Assembly (NCBI GenBank): GCA_001595785.1
Contig: LSSJ01000038.1
Span: 3,020 to 67,019, forward strand
Direction: 5' to 3'
DNA length: 64,000 nt
DNA from: Euryarchaeota archaeon SM23-78
GTDB taxonomy: Archaea > Nanobdellota > Nanobdellia > Woesearchaeales > SM23-78
In this document: positions 26,807 through 37,429 of the stretch, piece by piece
How positions within the stretch are numbered: the stretch's first letter is position 1
Layout of the letters: each line of letters starts with the position of its first letter
Program-made: the position numbers and the translations under genes
Notes under the pieces: model-generated
Database searches by the model: none
Told to the model about the DNA's origin: nothing
Seen by the model: only the letters and a program-made list of their open reading frames with translations

Positions 26807-28702
26807 ATGAAAAAATCCCAGATAACCATGTTTGTAATCCTTGGCATGGTCTTGTTAATAGGATTTATAATTCTTACTGCTATTATACGCAACACCAGCC
26901 CCCCTAAAGGTAATATTCAGGAGATTCTTAAGCAGTTGCAAACAGGCAGTGTAAAGAACCACGTGACTACTTGCATACTACAAACATCTATGGATGGACT
27001 TGAAAGCCTGGGTGCTAATGGAGGAGTGATATATAATTTTGAGGCAGGCACCATTCCTTTTGAGGATAAAATATTAGGGAGGGATTATCTTAATTACACA
27101 TATCTTAATAAACCTTATTTTGTGGATTATGCTTTGAAAAGGAACACCCTTTGTGAGAATGTTAGTTATAAGATTCCTGATTATCCATGCCTAGACACGC
27201 CTTTTAACAGGCTTACCTTTATATATAATGAGGAGTGTTTATTCAACTCTTTCTACTCTGCTTATGACGGCTTCTTTGGTCAGAATAATATGAGCAAACT
27301 GTGCTATATTGCTCGTGAATCCACTTGCGAAGGATATGCAAAAGGCATAGAACTAGCTCTGACCTTGCAAAAACAGTTAGAGGATTATATTGCAAACACC
27401 CTGCCTTTATGTATTGACCTTTCTGCTTTTTCAAGCAGATTAGACGCTAATATAACTGTAGAAGCAGAACCTGTTGTGGAATCCACGATTCATAACTCAG
27501 ACATCCTAGTGGTTGTTAAGTACCCTGTAAAAATTAATTTTAAAGGACAAGACCCAATAACAACAGTGGTTGATTACCAAGTCAACCTTAATATTAGGCT
27601 GGGCTTGATGTATAACTTTATATATAATCTGTATTCCAGGGATTCAAAAAACATAGACTTTAATCTTAATAATGAATTTATTAGTTCTTCTTTTTGGAGG
27701 CAAGGATTAGAGCTGAAAAAGATTAATAATCCTTGCACTACTTGCCCTCGACCTTATTATCATGATGATATTGTTGAGGTGCTTGACAGGAGTTCTATGG
27801 TAAAGGGAAGGCCTTTCTTGTTCAGAACAGCTGTTGAGAATAGGAAACCTGCTCTTGACAAGCTAGAAGATGTTAATATTGACTTAAAAAACACAAACTT
27901 TGTTAATATACGTCTAAATGGTTATGACCCTGATGATACAGGGTTAACATATTATTTCTTGTCTCTTGGAAAAGGAGAAGTCCAGTGTGCTGGCGCAGGA
28001 GGCCTTCCTGCAGGAGCAGTTCCTAGTGGTGGTACTGGTTGGTGTGAGAGTGATGCAAGAGTGTCAGGGGAAAAAGGAGAGCTAGTTCACCCAGGACTTT
28101 TGTGGATGCCTATTGACAGAGTAGATATTGGTTCACATGAAGTAGGAGTCCTTGTTATAGATGATAGTGGGTTGTTTGATTATCAGTTCTTTAGGATTAA
28201 TATTACTGACTCAAGCATGAATAATCCTCCTAGTGAGCAGTGTATTGATGAGTGCATCCTAGAAGCATGCTCTGATTATGCAGGAGAAGCAGACCAATGT
28301 AAAGCTCATTGTTATCATCCTAGCTGTCAGCTAGAGCTGTGTGATGTTACTAGTATTAAGGCTTCTGGTAAGAATCCTTATAAGGACTGTTCAATGTGGT
28401 GCTTTCATGCAGCAAATGCATGTAATATCTGGTGTGATGAGCATTATGTTGGTCCAAAATGCTTTCCTCCTGGCGATAATGTGAACAAAAAAAAGTGTAG
28501 ACAATGCGCATATGGCATTATGCACTCAGGAGAAAGAGAAAAACATGTTGATTGCTCTACCATAAATTCAAAGGCTGCCTGTATTAATAACATGCCTAAT
28601 TGTTTTTGGGTGGAAGAGGAACATAATAATTTTGTAGGTGCTTGTTTTAATGATACTTCCTTAAACAATACAAAATTTCGTGCTTATATAATTACTGAAT
28701 AG
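26807..28702 (+). CDS. Cysteine-rich surface protein (631 aa) with pilin-like class III signal peptide
   Basis: The N-terminus MKKSQITMFVILGMVLLIGFIIL matches the KK[GAS]Q-hydrophobic pattern. A central Ig/cadherin-like segment follows (NGYDPDDTGLTYYF...IGSHEVGVLVIDDSGLFDYQFFRINI). The C-terminal ~120-aa Cys module is shared with the 1905-aa protein. Confidence 0.8.
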   Translation: MKKSQITMFVILGMVLLIGFIILTAIIRNTSPPKGNIQEILKQLQTGSVKNHVTTCILQTSMDGLESLGANGGVIYNFEAGTIPFEDKILGRDYLNYTYLNKPYFVDYALKRNTLCENVSYKIPDYPCLDTPFNRLTFIYNEECLFNSFYSAYDGFFGQNNMSKLCYIARESTCEGYAKGIELALTLQKQLEDYIANTLPLCIDLSAFSSRLDANITVEAEPVVESTIHNSDILVVVKYPVKINFKGQDPITTVVDYQVNLNIRLGLMYNFIYNLYSRDSKNIDFNLNNEFISSSFWRQGLELKKINNPCTTCPRPYYHDDIVEVLDRSSMVKGRPFLFRTAVENRKPALDKLEDVNIDLKNTNFVNIRLNGYDPDDTGLTYYFLSLGKGEVQCAGAGGLPAGAVPSGGTGWCESDARVSGEKGELVHPGLLWMPIDRVDIGSHEVGVLVIDDSGLFDYQFFRINITDSSMNNPPSEQCIDECILEACSDYAGEADQCKAHCYHPSCQLELCDVTSIKASGKNPYKDCSMWCFHAANACNIWCDEHYVGPKCFPPGDNVNKKKCRQCAYGIMHSGEREKHVDCSTINSKAACINNMPNCFWVEEEHNNFVGACFNDTSLNNTKFRAYIITE

Positions 28703-28852
28703 AAAATTAAAGAAAATTAAAAAAAGCAAAACTCATAAAAACGCATATATAAAAGACACACATATTAAAGCCAAAAATTAATTATCAACAATCAAAACAA
28801 AAAGATTTATATATTTACAAAAGGAAAGCAAGAATAAAAAAGGTGGATGAGT

Positions 28853-31828
28853 ATGGTTTATAAAAAGCACATGGTATTGTTAATATTTAGTATCATATTA
28901 TTCTTATTTATTCCTGCTCTTGTAAGTGCTGGCTGCTGTATTTATCAGACCCTAGGGAGCAGTTGTGAGAACAAAGCCAGTGAAGCTCAGTGCACCACAA
29001 CCCCTCAATTATTTGTAACTGATGATTGCACTGACAGACCAGAATGTGTTACTGGGTGTTGCTGTCTTTCTGATATTGGATTAATTGATGTTGGAAGCAC
29101 CAATTACTCCTGTGTTTTTACTTTTATTCCAAGCCCTTCTATTAGTCCTGGTGATAATTGCTCTTGTGCAATATCTACCTATTCTATTTCAGGAACCATC
29201 TATAGAATGACAGGAGGCTATGTGTCTGGTGCAATTGTGAGTGCCGCAAGCATATCAACCACTTCTGCTACTAACGGAGCTTATACCATAAACAATGTGC
29301 CTGAAGGAGATAGTATCACAGTGGCTGCTCATAAAACATCCGAGGGGTGTGCACCTAATAGTGTAACTATTGACCTACATCAGGACAGAACAGGCATTGA
29401 TATTAATCTTAACTGTGAGTGCACACCAGGTGTTTGTGACCCTAATAATAATGCCTATTGTTTATCAAGCAAAACATGGAAAATCTATGATTTAACCAAT
29501 ACATCACAGAAAGACGAGTACTGTCTTAGGTGTGGCTTAGATGACCCTGCTGATTGCGGAGCACCAGCAGAGTGTGTAAGTGGTGATGGAAAGTGCCCTG
29601 TAACTTGCAGCCCAAATGTTGATAGCCCCAAGTACGATTCTGATTGTGTGTGCAGCATGACTCCTAACCGGGCTTGTCCTCGTTGGTGTACCAAGGATAA
29701 TGATGCAGACTGTGCTGCTTATGCAGCTGTGTGCGGAGATGGATTAGTAACCTATCCTTATGAGACTTGTGAAGATAATCCTCAAACAGGACAACTAAGT
29801 CTGTGCAGCCCTAATGATTGCACTAACCCAGGAGAATCAGGTGAGTGTAATTGTGTTGGTTTATCAGCCTGTGGTAATTATATAATAGAATCAGGAGAAG
29901 ATTGTGAGATAGGAATGAAATGCCCAGATGGAAGTGATTGCTGGGATTGCTCCTGTGGCACGCCTCAGTGCCAGGGCAGCGCAATGAATCCTAGTGCTAC
30001 AGCAAGCTTTGATTCTAGTGCAAACGAAATTCTAGTTGAGTGGTCTGTTCTTAGCACTTGTAAAGCAAATGTGCTTTACTATTCTGTGTTTAAGTGTGAA
30101 AAAACACCGAGTTTTGATTGTTCAAGCAAAAGCATGTTTTCGCCATTCCGTCTTAACATACCTAAGTATCAATTTAATATAACAGAGAGTTCTGTTCCTT
30201 CAAATTCTGAATTCTGCTATGTGGTTAATGCTACTTATGCTGGCGGAGAAAAAGGAACGTCTAGTATTAAGTGTGTTAGCACAGGCCATCCTTATTGCAT
30301 GAATGTTCATCCTGATGAGTTCTGCATGAATAATGTGAGGAGCAAGTGTGATGCAGATGATAATATTCAGCCAATAGAGGATTGTAACCCTGACAAGTTT
30401 TGCATGGGACCAAATAGGGATGGCAAGACTTGGTGCTCAGATATAGACGTATGTGACATGTGCAATGGCCTCTACGGCATGTTCTCTAATATTGATTTAA
30501 AAGTCAATGTTTTGGAAGGAGGTGTTATAAGACCTAGGTATTGCCATCCTGGCGCAGGCAGGTATGTAGTAGAGGGTTGTTATCTTGACAGAACAAAAAC
30601 CTTGTTCAGTGCCTTTGATTACTGCTCTAATATTGTAAGTTGCTATGATTATAAATCACAAGAAGCATGTGAAGATAATGCAGATCCTTGTGGAAAAAAT
30701 CAGGATTGTGAATGGGTGTGGTTAGATAACTCTTATCATGAACTAGGAGGAATATGCAGACCTAATGCTCGTGAATTACAGACCTGTGAGCTATGTGATA
30801 ATAAGGATTATAACTGGATAACCCCTGCTTGCACCCCTGAGGTGTGTGCCTTGTTTGGAGATGAGTGCAAGTACCAAGGAATGTTTGCTAACCCAACATG
30901 CACTAAGAAATCCACGCTTGCTTGTATTGACTATACCACACAACAAGAGTGTATAGGAGGAACCGCAGTACATGTGAATGCGGTATATAATAGTAGTGGT
31001 GCCAGGACAGGAGGAACGCACCAACTCACACCTAGCAATGACAAGTTTGGACTTGGAAAATGTTATTGGCATGCAGTCAATAAATGGTGCTTAAGAAACG
31101 CTGATAATTATCCTGAGAATAACCAAGGCACCTATGGTCACGACTGTCCTCTTAATCGCAGAGATTGTGAATCAGACTTTATTAATCCTGAAACCATTAT
31201 TCTGCAATCTGGTTTTAGTCTTTACCCTGCAAATGTAAGAATAGAGTATACTGTGAATGATGATACCTTTCCTAGGAAGGACATCAAGACCTACTTTGGT
31301 TTAGTGCCTGCAGGCACACCTTGTTATCCAGACCAACTAGTTAGTGGCGGAGCCTTTCAAACCCTGGTAGAGGATGATGGAGATAACCTGCCTTATATAG
31401 TATGCTATTATTCAGAAGACTTTGCAAAAAACCTAGAACTCGTGAAGTCATTCCCTATAAATGTTGATGCAAACCCGCCAGTAATTACTATTACTTCGCC
31501 AACAGAGAGCGAGTTCAAAACAGCATCAGGCACCGTGGTGCTAAAAGGAATTACATCAATCGATACAATGAATCTGTGTACTTATACCCATGGTTCAAGC
31601 ACAAAGACCTGTATTAACACCTGCTTTTACGGACAGACGCCTTGTATAAATGAAGTAACAGGAGAATTCAACATAACAGTTAGTGTTCCTGCAAACGGGG
31701 CCTATGATGTGTTGTTTGATGCAGAAGACCGTGCAGGTAACCAGGTTGTTGGCCTGAGTCTGTTAGCTATTTATCGTAATGATACCCAGCCAAGAAAACC
31801 AATTATTATAATAGAGGGTGTACAATAA
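28853..31828 (+). CDS. Cysteine-rich secreted protein (~990 aa) with CarboxypepD_reg-like domain
   Basis: The track start is 28847, but ATG 28853 lies 6 nt after AGGTGG. Sec signal ...IPALVSA|GCC. The segment ISGTIYRMTGGYVSGAIVSA...TNGAYTINNVPEGDSITVAAHK is carboxypeptidase-regulatory-like. CGDG and CTPGVCD Cys motifs are shared with the next gene. Confidence 0.8.
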   Translation: MVYKKHMVLLIFSIILFLFIPALVSAGCCIYQTLGSSCENKASEAQCTTTPQLFVTDDCTDRPECVTGCCCLSDIGLIDVGSTNYSCVFTFIPSPSISPGDNCSCAISTYSISGTIYRMTGGYVSGAIVSAASISTTSATNGAYTINNVPEGDSITVAAHKTSEGCAPNSVTIDLHQDRTGIDINLNCECTPGVCDPNNNAYCLSSKTWKIYDLTNTSQKDEYCLRCGLDDPADCGAPAECVSGDGKCPVTCSPNVDSPKYDSDCVCSMTPNRACPRWCTKDNDADCAAYAAVCGDGLVTYPYETCEDNPQTGQLSLCSPNDCTNPGESGECNCVGLSACGNYIIESGEDCEIGMKCPDGSDCWDCSCGTPQCQGSAMNPSATASFDSSANEILVEWSVLSTCKANVLYYSVFKCEKTPSFDCSSKSMFSPFRLNIPKYQFNITESSVPSNSEFCYVVNATYAGGEKGTSSIKCVSTGHPYCMNVHPDEFCMNNVRSKCDADDNIQPIEDCNPDKFCMGPNRDGKTWCSDIDVCDMCNGLYGMFSNIDLKVNVLEGGVIRPRYCHPGAGRYVVEGCYLDRTKTLFSAFDYCSNIVSCYDYKSQEACEDNADPCGKNQDCEWVWLDNSYHELGGICRPNARELQTCELCDNKDYNWITPACTPEVCALFGDECKYQGMFANPTCTKKSTLACIDYTTQQECIGGTAVHVNAVYNSSGARTGGTHQLTPSNDKFGLGKCYWHAVNKWCLRNADNYPENNQGTYGHDCPLNRRDCESDFINPETIILQSGFSLYPANVRIEYTVNDDTFPRKDIKTYFGLVPAGTPCYPDQLVSGGAFQTLVEDDGDNLPYIVCYYSEDFAKNLELVKSFPINVDANPPVITITSPTESEFKTASGTVVLKGITSIDTMNLCTYTHGSSTKTCINTCFYGQTPCINEVTGEFNITVSVPANGAYDVLFDAEDRAGNQVVGLSLLAIYRNDTQPRKPIIIIEGVQ

Positions 31829-31862
31829 CTTTTATCCTTAATTTTGTTATGTGAGGTGTTTA

Positions 31863-34800
31863 ATGATAAAAAAGAGGTTTACCTTAATTGGAATCCTGCT
31901 CTACTTTTTGATAGGGCTGCTATTAATTCCTTTAGTTTTCTCAGTAATAAATATTGTTGTTGATCAAAACAGAGTGAAGATCACTGCAATTTATGAAGGA
32001 GATGTGGGTTTAGAAAAGGCTAACATAACTGATTTAATAGGAGACCAACTTTTTTATATATATCCTACAAATATAACTGTACAAAAAATATATCAGTCTG
32101 GTAATACAACTCTTAGATTTGGCGGCACAGGTTGTCCTCTTGGCTACTCTCCTTTAGGCATGCCCTATAGACCTTGTTTTATTTTAAACCCAGGGGATTA
32201 TACTTTCTCTGTTTCTGGTAGAACTGCTTTTGGAACTGTGAGGATTGATAATCCTGAGGAGTGTGATGGATATAATCTTAGCAATACTAATTGTAGTACT
32301 TACACAGATCCAAATACAGGAAAGCAACCCTTTGGAGGAGGAACCCTTTCTTGCTATGACTGCTCCTTTGATGTCTCAGGCTGTTTGGTGTGTGAGCCTA
32401 ATCATTGCTCTATTTGTGATAACCAGATTTGTTCTGGTAATGGAAAACAGTGGACCACGATTAATTATACTTGGATGTGCGGTCCAAAAGACAGTAATCT
32501 TGGGACTCTAGGCACAAGCTGTACTCCAGGGGTATGTGATGTTTTTGCAGGCATGGTGTGTGATTCAAATGGGTTCTGGACCAGCACAGGCTTTTGCACT
32601 TATTGCTCTGATGAGGATAGCTCTTGTTATGGTTCATGCACTCCAGGTAACTGTGATATTAGTGCTAAGGCTTTTTGTGACCAAGGCAGCTGGGTTACTC
32701 CTTTAACCAATGATTACTGTGCTGTGTGTGGCAACTATGATAGTGAGTGTCTTGGTGGTTGCTCAGGCAGTGCGTGTGATACTAAGAATAACAAGTATTG
32801 TAGTAGTGGAAGCTGGGTTTCTCCTAGCAGCCTGAATGATTATTGTCAGCGCTGTGGTCAAGTAGATGCTGATTGTGGCATTCCCATATGTATTGATGGA
32901 ACCTGTGATATTTGCAATGATGCTAAGAAGTACTGTAATAATGGGGTGTGGGAGAGTCAAAATTATTGTGATTATAGTAGGTGTGGAAGTTATGATTCTT
33001 GGTGCAATAGAAGCTGTCAACACGGCACATGTGATACTGTTGCTCATAAGTATTGTAGGTATAATCTCTGGGAATCTGACTGGGACACTTATTGTAATAA
33101 TTGTAAATCTCAAGATAGTTCTCTTTACTGCTTAAACCCAGAGGACTGTGGTAATGGAGTGATAGACAGATGGAATGTTAGTGGCTTTTGGGTTGGAGAA
33201 GCATGTGATAAAAAAGGACCTAACCTGAACGGAGCTAGCTGCCTAACCTGGCCTCAGTTTGTAGGAGGCACTCTTGGATGTGCTGATAATTGTTTGAGCT
33301 TTGACAGGAGCAGCTGCATCCTTAGGAACGAGTCTTGTGGTGATGATATTATCCAAGGAGATGATATGTGTGATGGAGATGACCTTGGAGGTAAGGATTG
33401 CACAGACCCAATCTTTAATTTTATGGGAGGCACTCTTGGATGCACCAATGATTGCAAGTATGATACTAGTAACTGCATTCCTTTTCCTGAGTGTGGTGAT
33501 GCTGTTGCTAACCAGGATTCTGAGGACTGTGATAAAGATGATTTAAGAGGAGAAACTTGTGAGTCTTTGGGTTATGCTGGTGGATCTTTAAAGTGTGATA
33601 ATGATTGTAGTTATGATAAATCTGGTTGTTATGGTGGTGTAAAGGTGTGTGGTGATGGTGTTGTTCAGAAGCCTAATGATGCTGGTTTTAATGAGCAGTG
33701 TGATATGGCTGATTTAAATAATATGGATTGTAAGGATTTTGATGGCTATACTGGTGGCACCTTGGTTTGTAATGGTGATTGTACTTATGATTACACTGGT
33801 TGCTCAGGCGGAACCTTTAAATGCAGTGATAGAGTAAAAAATCAGGAGTCAGAGGATTGTGACTATCTTGACCTAGGCGGAGAAACATGCGAATCATTGG
33901 GTTATGATAATGGTACCCTGGAATGTTTTAGTGATTGTACTTTTGATAAGTCTAGGTGCTATTTTAATCCTGGTTCAAAGGTGTGCGGGGATGGTACAGT
34001 TCAACAGCCAAATGATGCTGGTTTTAATGAGCAGTGCGATGTGGCTGACCTAGATGGTGCGAAGTGTAAGGACAAGGATGATTTTACAGGAGGCCTTCTG
34101 ACTTGTCATGGAGATTGTACTTTTAATTATGATATGTGCACAGGAGACAGCGGTGCTGTTTGTGGAAATAACATCCTAGAACCAGGTGAGCACTGTGACG
34201 GAGATGTTGAGGATGATGACTGTACATCTATTGGTAAGAAAAACTTTATTGGAGGAACCCTTAGCTGTTCAGATAACTGTGAGTTTGATACAAGTGATTG
34301 CATAGTAAACATAACTCCTCCTGTGTGTGGTGATGGAATAGTAAATGGCTATGAAGGGTGTGATGGCACTAACCTTGCAGGGCTTACCTGCGGATACTTT
34401 ACCCAGTATGTTAGTGGCACTCTTAAGTGCAATCAGAACTGCACTCTTGATTTTTCTAATTGTTTAAAACAAGGACAAACAGCTGCTCATTGCGAGAATA
34501 ATGTGACAGACGAGGACGAGACAGACCTTAACTGCGGAGGATTATCCTGCCCTGGATGTCCAAATGGTAAGAGGTGCTTGAATCATTCTGATTGTATATC
34601 AAACTATTGTTTATCAAATATATGCACAGAAGCAAGCTGCTCTGATACAATAAAAAACGGTCTTGAAACAGATGTAGATTGTGGAGCCAACTGTCCTTGT
34701 TGTGGCTTAGATATGAGTTGTAATATTAATTCTGACTGTTGCGGTCTTTTCTGCCACCCAGACACTCGCAAATGCGATGTTCCTTCATGTGATGATGGTT

Positions 34801-35750
34801 ATAAGAATGGTGAGGAAACAGATATTGATTGTGGGGATGGTTGCCCAGAAAAATGCGAAGTCGGTCAGGGTTGCGTGTCTCCTAATGATTGTAAATCAGG
34901 TTATTGCGACTTAGGGGTGTGCGCAGTTAACCCAACCCTTGACACAGACATGGACGGAATGCCTGACAAATGGGAGCTGAAATATGGCTTAGACCCTAAT
35001 AATCCTGATGATGCAAACCAAGACATGGACGGTGATGGTTATTCTAATCTTGACGAATATTTAGATGGAACAGACCCAACAGATCCAAATGACCCTCTGC
35101 CTAAGAAGAAGCACACCTTGCAAATCATTTTCTTAATAATAGGGTTGCTCTTAATGCTTGGCAGCATAGGCTTTTTGGTGTACTCAAGAATGGTGCTTGT
35201 ACCCCAGCAAAGAGCTGCTACTAGAAAAGCCCAGCCTCAAAGACCAATGCCCATGGCACAAAGAAGGCCTTTGGTAGGAAGAGGACAACCCAGACCTGGG
35301 AGAAGGATGCCTTTGGCAAGAAGAGGCTTGACCCAGAGACAGGCTTCAAGAAAGAGTTTGTTAAAAGGCTTTGAAAAAGAAGATAAGACAAAAGCACTAG
35401 GTGTTAAAAGGCCTGAAGCAAAACCTTTTGAAAAGAAACCTGTTAAACCAGTACAACCTACAAAGAAAGTAGCAAAAAAACCTGCGGCAAAACCAGCGCC
35501 TGCAGAAGAGTTTATTCCTTTATCAGAACTAGGAGCAAAGCAAAAACCAAAAGAAGAAAAAAAAGAGGCTCCTAAAAAACCTCTTGGCGGAGCATTTGAA
35601 AAACTAAGAGAATTATCAGGAGCCCAGAAGAAAAAGGATGTAAATAAAGAATCAAAACAAGCTGAGGAAGAAGCTGGAAAGGAAACTGGGAAGGAAACAG
35701 GTAAAGAGGCTAAGAAAGCAGAACCCAAAAAAGAAGAAGCTGATAAATAG
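31863..35750 (+). CDS. Repeat-rich cysteine-rich surface protein (~1295 aa) with C-terminal TM anchor and basic cytoplasmic tail
   Basis: The track start is GTG 31851, but ATG 31863 lies 4 nt after GAGGTG (MIKKRFTLIGILLYFLIGLLLIPLVFS). Domains in order: about 7 'C..C...DS.C...C.PG.CD....C....W' units, 8 CGDG-type units, 3 'NG.ETD.DCG' units, Asp-rich thrombospondin-type-3-like Ca-binding repeats, TM IIFLIIGLLLMLGSIGFLVY, and a ~190-aa K/P/R-rich tail. Confidence 0.85.
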   Translation: MIKKRFTLIGILLYFLIGLLLIPLVFSVINIVVDQNRVKITAIYEGDVGLEKANITDLIGDQLFYIYPTNITVQKIYQSGNTTLRFGGTGCPLGYSPLGMPYRPCFILNPGDYTFSVSGRTAFGTVRIDNPEECDGYNLSNTNCSTYTDPNTGKQPFGGGTLSCYDCSFDVSGCLVCEPNHCSICDNQICSGNGKQWTTINYTWMCGPKDSNLGTLGTSCTPGVCDVFAGMVCDSNGFWTSTGFCTYCSDEDSSCYGSCTPGNCDISAKAFCDQGSWVTPLTNDYCAVCGNYDSECLGGCSGSACDTKNNKYCSSGSWVSPSSLNDYCQRCGQVDADCGIPICIDGTCDICNDAKKYCNNGVWESQNYCDYSRCGSYDSWCNRSCQHGTCDTVAHKYCRYNLWESDWDTYCNNCKSQDSSLYCLNPEDCGNGVIDRWNVSGFWVGEACDKKGPNLNGASCLTWPQFVGGTLGCADNCLSFDRSSCILRNESCGDDIIQGDDMCDGDDLGGKDCTDPIFNFMGGTLGCTNDCKYDTSNCIPFPECGDAVANQDSEDCDKDDLRGETCESLGYAGGSLKCDNDCSYDKSGCYGGVKVCGDGVVQKPNDAGFNEQCDMADLNNMDCKDFDGYTGGTLVCNGDCTYDYTGCSGGTFKCSDRVKNQESEDCDYLDLGGETCESLGYDNGTLECFSDCTFDKSRCYFNPGSKVCGDGTVQQPNDAGFNEQCDVADLDGAKCKDKDDFTGGLLTCHGDCTFNYDMCTGDSGAVCGNNILEPGEHCDGDVEDDDCTSIGKKNFIGGTLSCSDNCEFDTSDCIVNITPPVCGDGIVNGYEGCDGTNLAGLTCGYFTQYVSGTLKCNQNCTLDFSNCLKQGQTAAHCENNVTDEDETDLNCGGLSCPGCPNGKRCLNHSDCISNYCLSNICTEASCSDTIKNGLETDVDCGANCPCCGLDMSCNINSDCCGLFCHPDTRKCDVPSCDDGYKNGEETDIDCGDGCPEKCEVGQGCVSPNDCKSGYCDLGVCAVNPTLDTDMDGMPDKWELKYGLDPNNPDDANQDMDGDGYSNLDEYLDGTDPTDPNDPLPKKKHTLQIIFLIIGLLLMLGSIGFLVYSRMVLVPQQRAATRKAQPQRPMPMAQRRPLVGRGQPRPGRRMPLARRGLTQRQASRKSLLKGFEKEDKTKALGVKRPEAKPFEKKPVKPVQPTKKVAKKPAAKPAPAEEFIPLSELGAKQKPKEEKKEAPKKPLGGAFEKLRELSGAQKKKDVNKESKQAEEEAGKETGKETGKEAKKAEPKKEEADK
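33147..34463 (+). repeat. Array of 8 tandem ~45-55-aa CGDG...GGTL.C..DC.(F/Y)D.S.C modules
   Basis: Units 3-4 and 5-6 are a recent two-unit duplication. For example, AATGATGCTGGTTTTAATGAGCAGTG occurs identically near 33670 and 34010. The motif resembles the 'myxococcus cysteine-rich repeat' class (CGDG....E.CD). Confidence 0.75.
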
Positions 35751-35803
35751 CTGATAAATAAGAAGCTTAAAAAGCAGAACCTAGCAACAAGGGTGAGTCA
35801 TTA

Positions 35804-36307
35804 TTGAGAAGAAAATTGAAAAGAAAAGCCCAGATGAGTCATGTCTTTACTTACTTGGTAATCATTCTTGTAGTTGGAGTAGTAGCTCTAATGGGTTATA
35901 AAGCTGTTCTGTGGCTAATAGAGACTCAGTGCAAACAGCAAAGGATTGGTTTTGAACAAAGCCTCTTAGGGTTTATAGATGAGTATTCTGATTATGGTTT
36001 TTCAGAGGAGGAAACCTTAAAGGCTCCTTGTGACGTCAGAGAGGCGTGTTTTGTAGATTCAAAGTATTATGAGGAAGGAGCAGCTGTGCCAGGGGGGATT
36101 ACTGACAAGGTTATTAAGTCTCATGTTCTGGATAAGACAGATAATATATTCATTATAACAGAATTCACAGAGCCAATGGGCTTTTCAGACAAAATAGCCT
36201 TAAAGCAAGAAGACCAACCCTATAAGTGTTTTAAGCCAAGAGTAGGAGAGTTCAAGTTCTTGTTCAAAGGTCTTGGAAGAAAAACCCAGATAGAATCTGT
36301 TGACTAA
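35804..36307 (+). CDS. Pilin-like protein (class III signal peptide), 167 aa
   Basis: TTG start 6 nt after GGGTGAG gives MRRKLKRKAQMSHVFTYLVIILVVGVVALMGY. Confidence 0.6.
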   Translation: MRRKLKRKAQMSHVFTYLVIILVVGVVALMGYKAVLWLIETQCKQQRIGFEQSLLGFIDEYSDYGFSEEETLKAPCDVREACFVDSKYYEEGAAVPGGITDKVIKSHVLDKTDNIFIITEFTEPMGFSDKIALKQEDQPYKCFKPRVGEFKFLFKGLGRKTQIESVD

Positions 36308-36342
36308 ATTAGTTTTACCTGAGCAATCTTTATGGTGATTGA

Positions 36343-37392
36343 ATGAAGAGTAAAAAAGGCTTGAATAAAAGAGGCTTTGCTGTCCAATTCAACTGGTTGT
36401 TTGTGCTTATAGGAGGAGCAGTTATTCTTGGGTTTTTTATAAGTGTAATAGTTAATTACATATATGATCAGGAAATTCAGCAAAAAACTCTTTCGATTGA
36501 TGAACTTGATCAGATGCTAAAAGTTGATTTGAGTGCTGCAGACACAGAGAAAACAAGATTCTTTCAGCACAAGATCCTTTTTTCATGTGATGAAATATCA
36601 GAATATGTTGTTGAAGGAGCCTTAAAAGGCAGGCGTTATGACTACACCGCTATTTTCTCGCCTACAGAGCTAGAACCAGGAAATCTTGTAATAATGACCA
36701 CTTCTTTTGAAGCTCCTTACAGAGTGATGCCCTTAGTCTATGTTACCAGCAAAGACATAGAGTATGTCTTTGCAGGCACCTCCACTATTATTAATCTTGT
36801 TTATAACTCTATGCCTACAAACACAACCAAGAAATTTATTTCCACCAGCATAAGTAATTATCTTAATAATAATTATGACCACACGGTTTTTGTGGTTGGA
36901 GACAACGCTGATTTGACTCCTCTTAATGACTTTAATGGTTTTGAAGACAGAGTGTACGGGGTAGTTATCACCCCAGGCATGGGAAGCTCTTTTGAGTATG
37001 GCTCACTTAGCTTTTATCACTATGAGCCTGCTGGTTTTGTTTATGATGGAACCCTTCCTTTTCTAAAACCCGAGCTAGCCCTGGGAGGAGTTATTAGTCA
37101 TGATAATGAAAGTTATAAATGCAATCTGAAAAAGGTGTTGAAAAGAATAGAGCTCCTAAGTGAGTTGTACAAGAACAGAGCAGAGTATTATGCTAAAAAG
37201 GTTCCTAGTTATTGCCGCTCGCATTACACAGGTCCAGTAACAAGTGCAGAGATTTACCTAACAAGCATTCAAACCTATGCGCAGGAAGAAGTCTCTCTTG
37301 ATAATTTTAAAAATCTTATGCTTGCAGTTAATGAGTTAAAATCTTTGAATGAGCATGTTTTAAGGGGAACAGAGTGCCCAATCATATATTGA
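36343..37392 (+). CDS. Pilin-like protein (class III signal peptide), 349 aa
   Basis: MKSKKGLNKRGFAVQFNWLFVLIGGAVILGFFI: a basic stretch, Gly, then a hydrophobic helix. Confidence 0.55.
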   Translation: MKSKKGLNKRGFAVQFNWLFVLIGGAVILGFFISVIVNYIYDQEIQQKTLSIDELDQMLKVDLSAADTEKTRFFQHKILFSCDEISEYVVEGALKGRRYDYTAIFSPTELEPGNLVIMTTSFEAPYRVMPLVYVTSKDIEYVFAGTSTIINLVYNSMPTNTTKKFISTSISNYLNNNYDHTVFVVGDNADLTPLNDFNGFEDRVYGVVITPGMGSSFEYGSLSFYHYEPAGFVYDGTLPFLKPELALGGVISHDNESYKCNLKKVLKRIELLSELYKNRAEYYAKKVPSYCRSHYTGPVTSAEIYLTSIQTYAQEEVSLDNFKNLMLAVNELKSLNEHVLRGTECPIIY

Positions 37393-37429
37393 TTAAGATT
37401 AATTAGGTTATAGGTTATATTAAGCAGAT

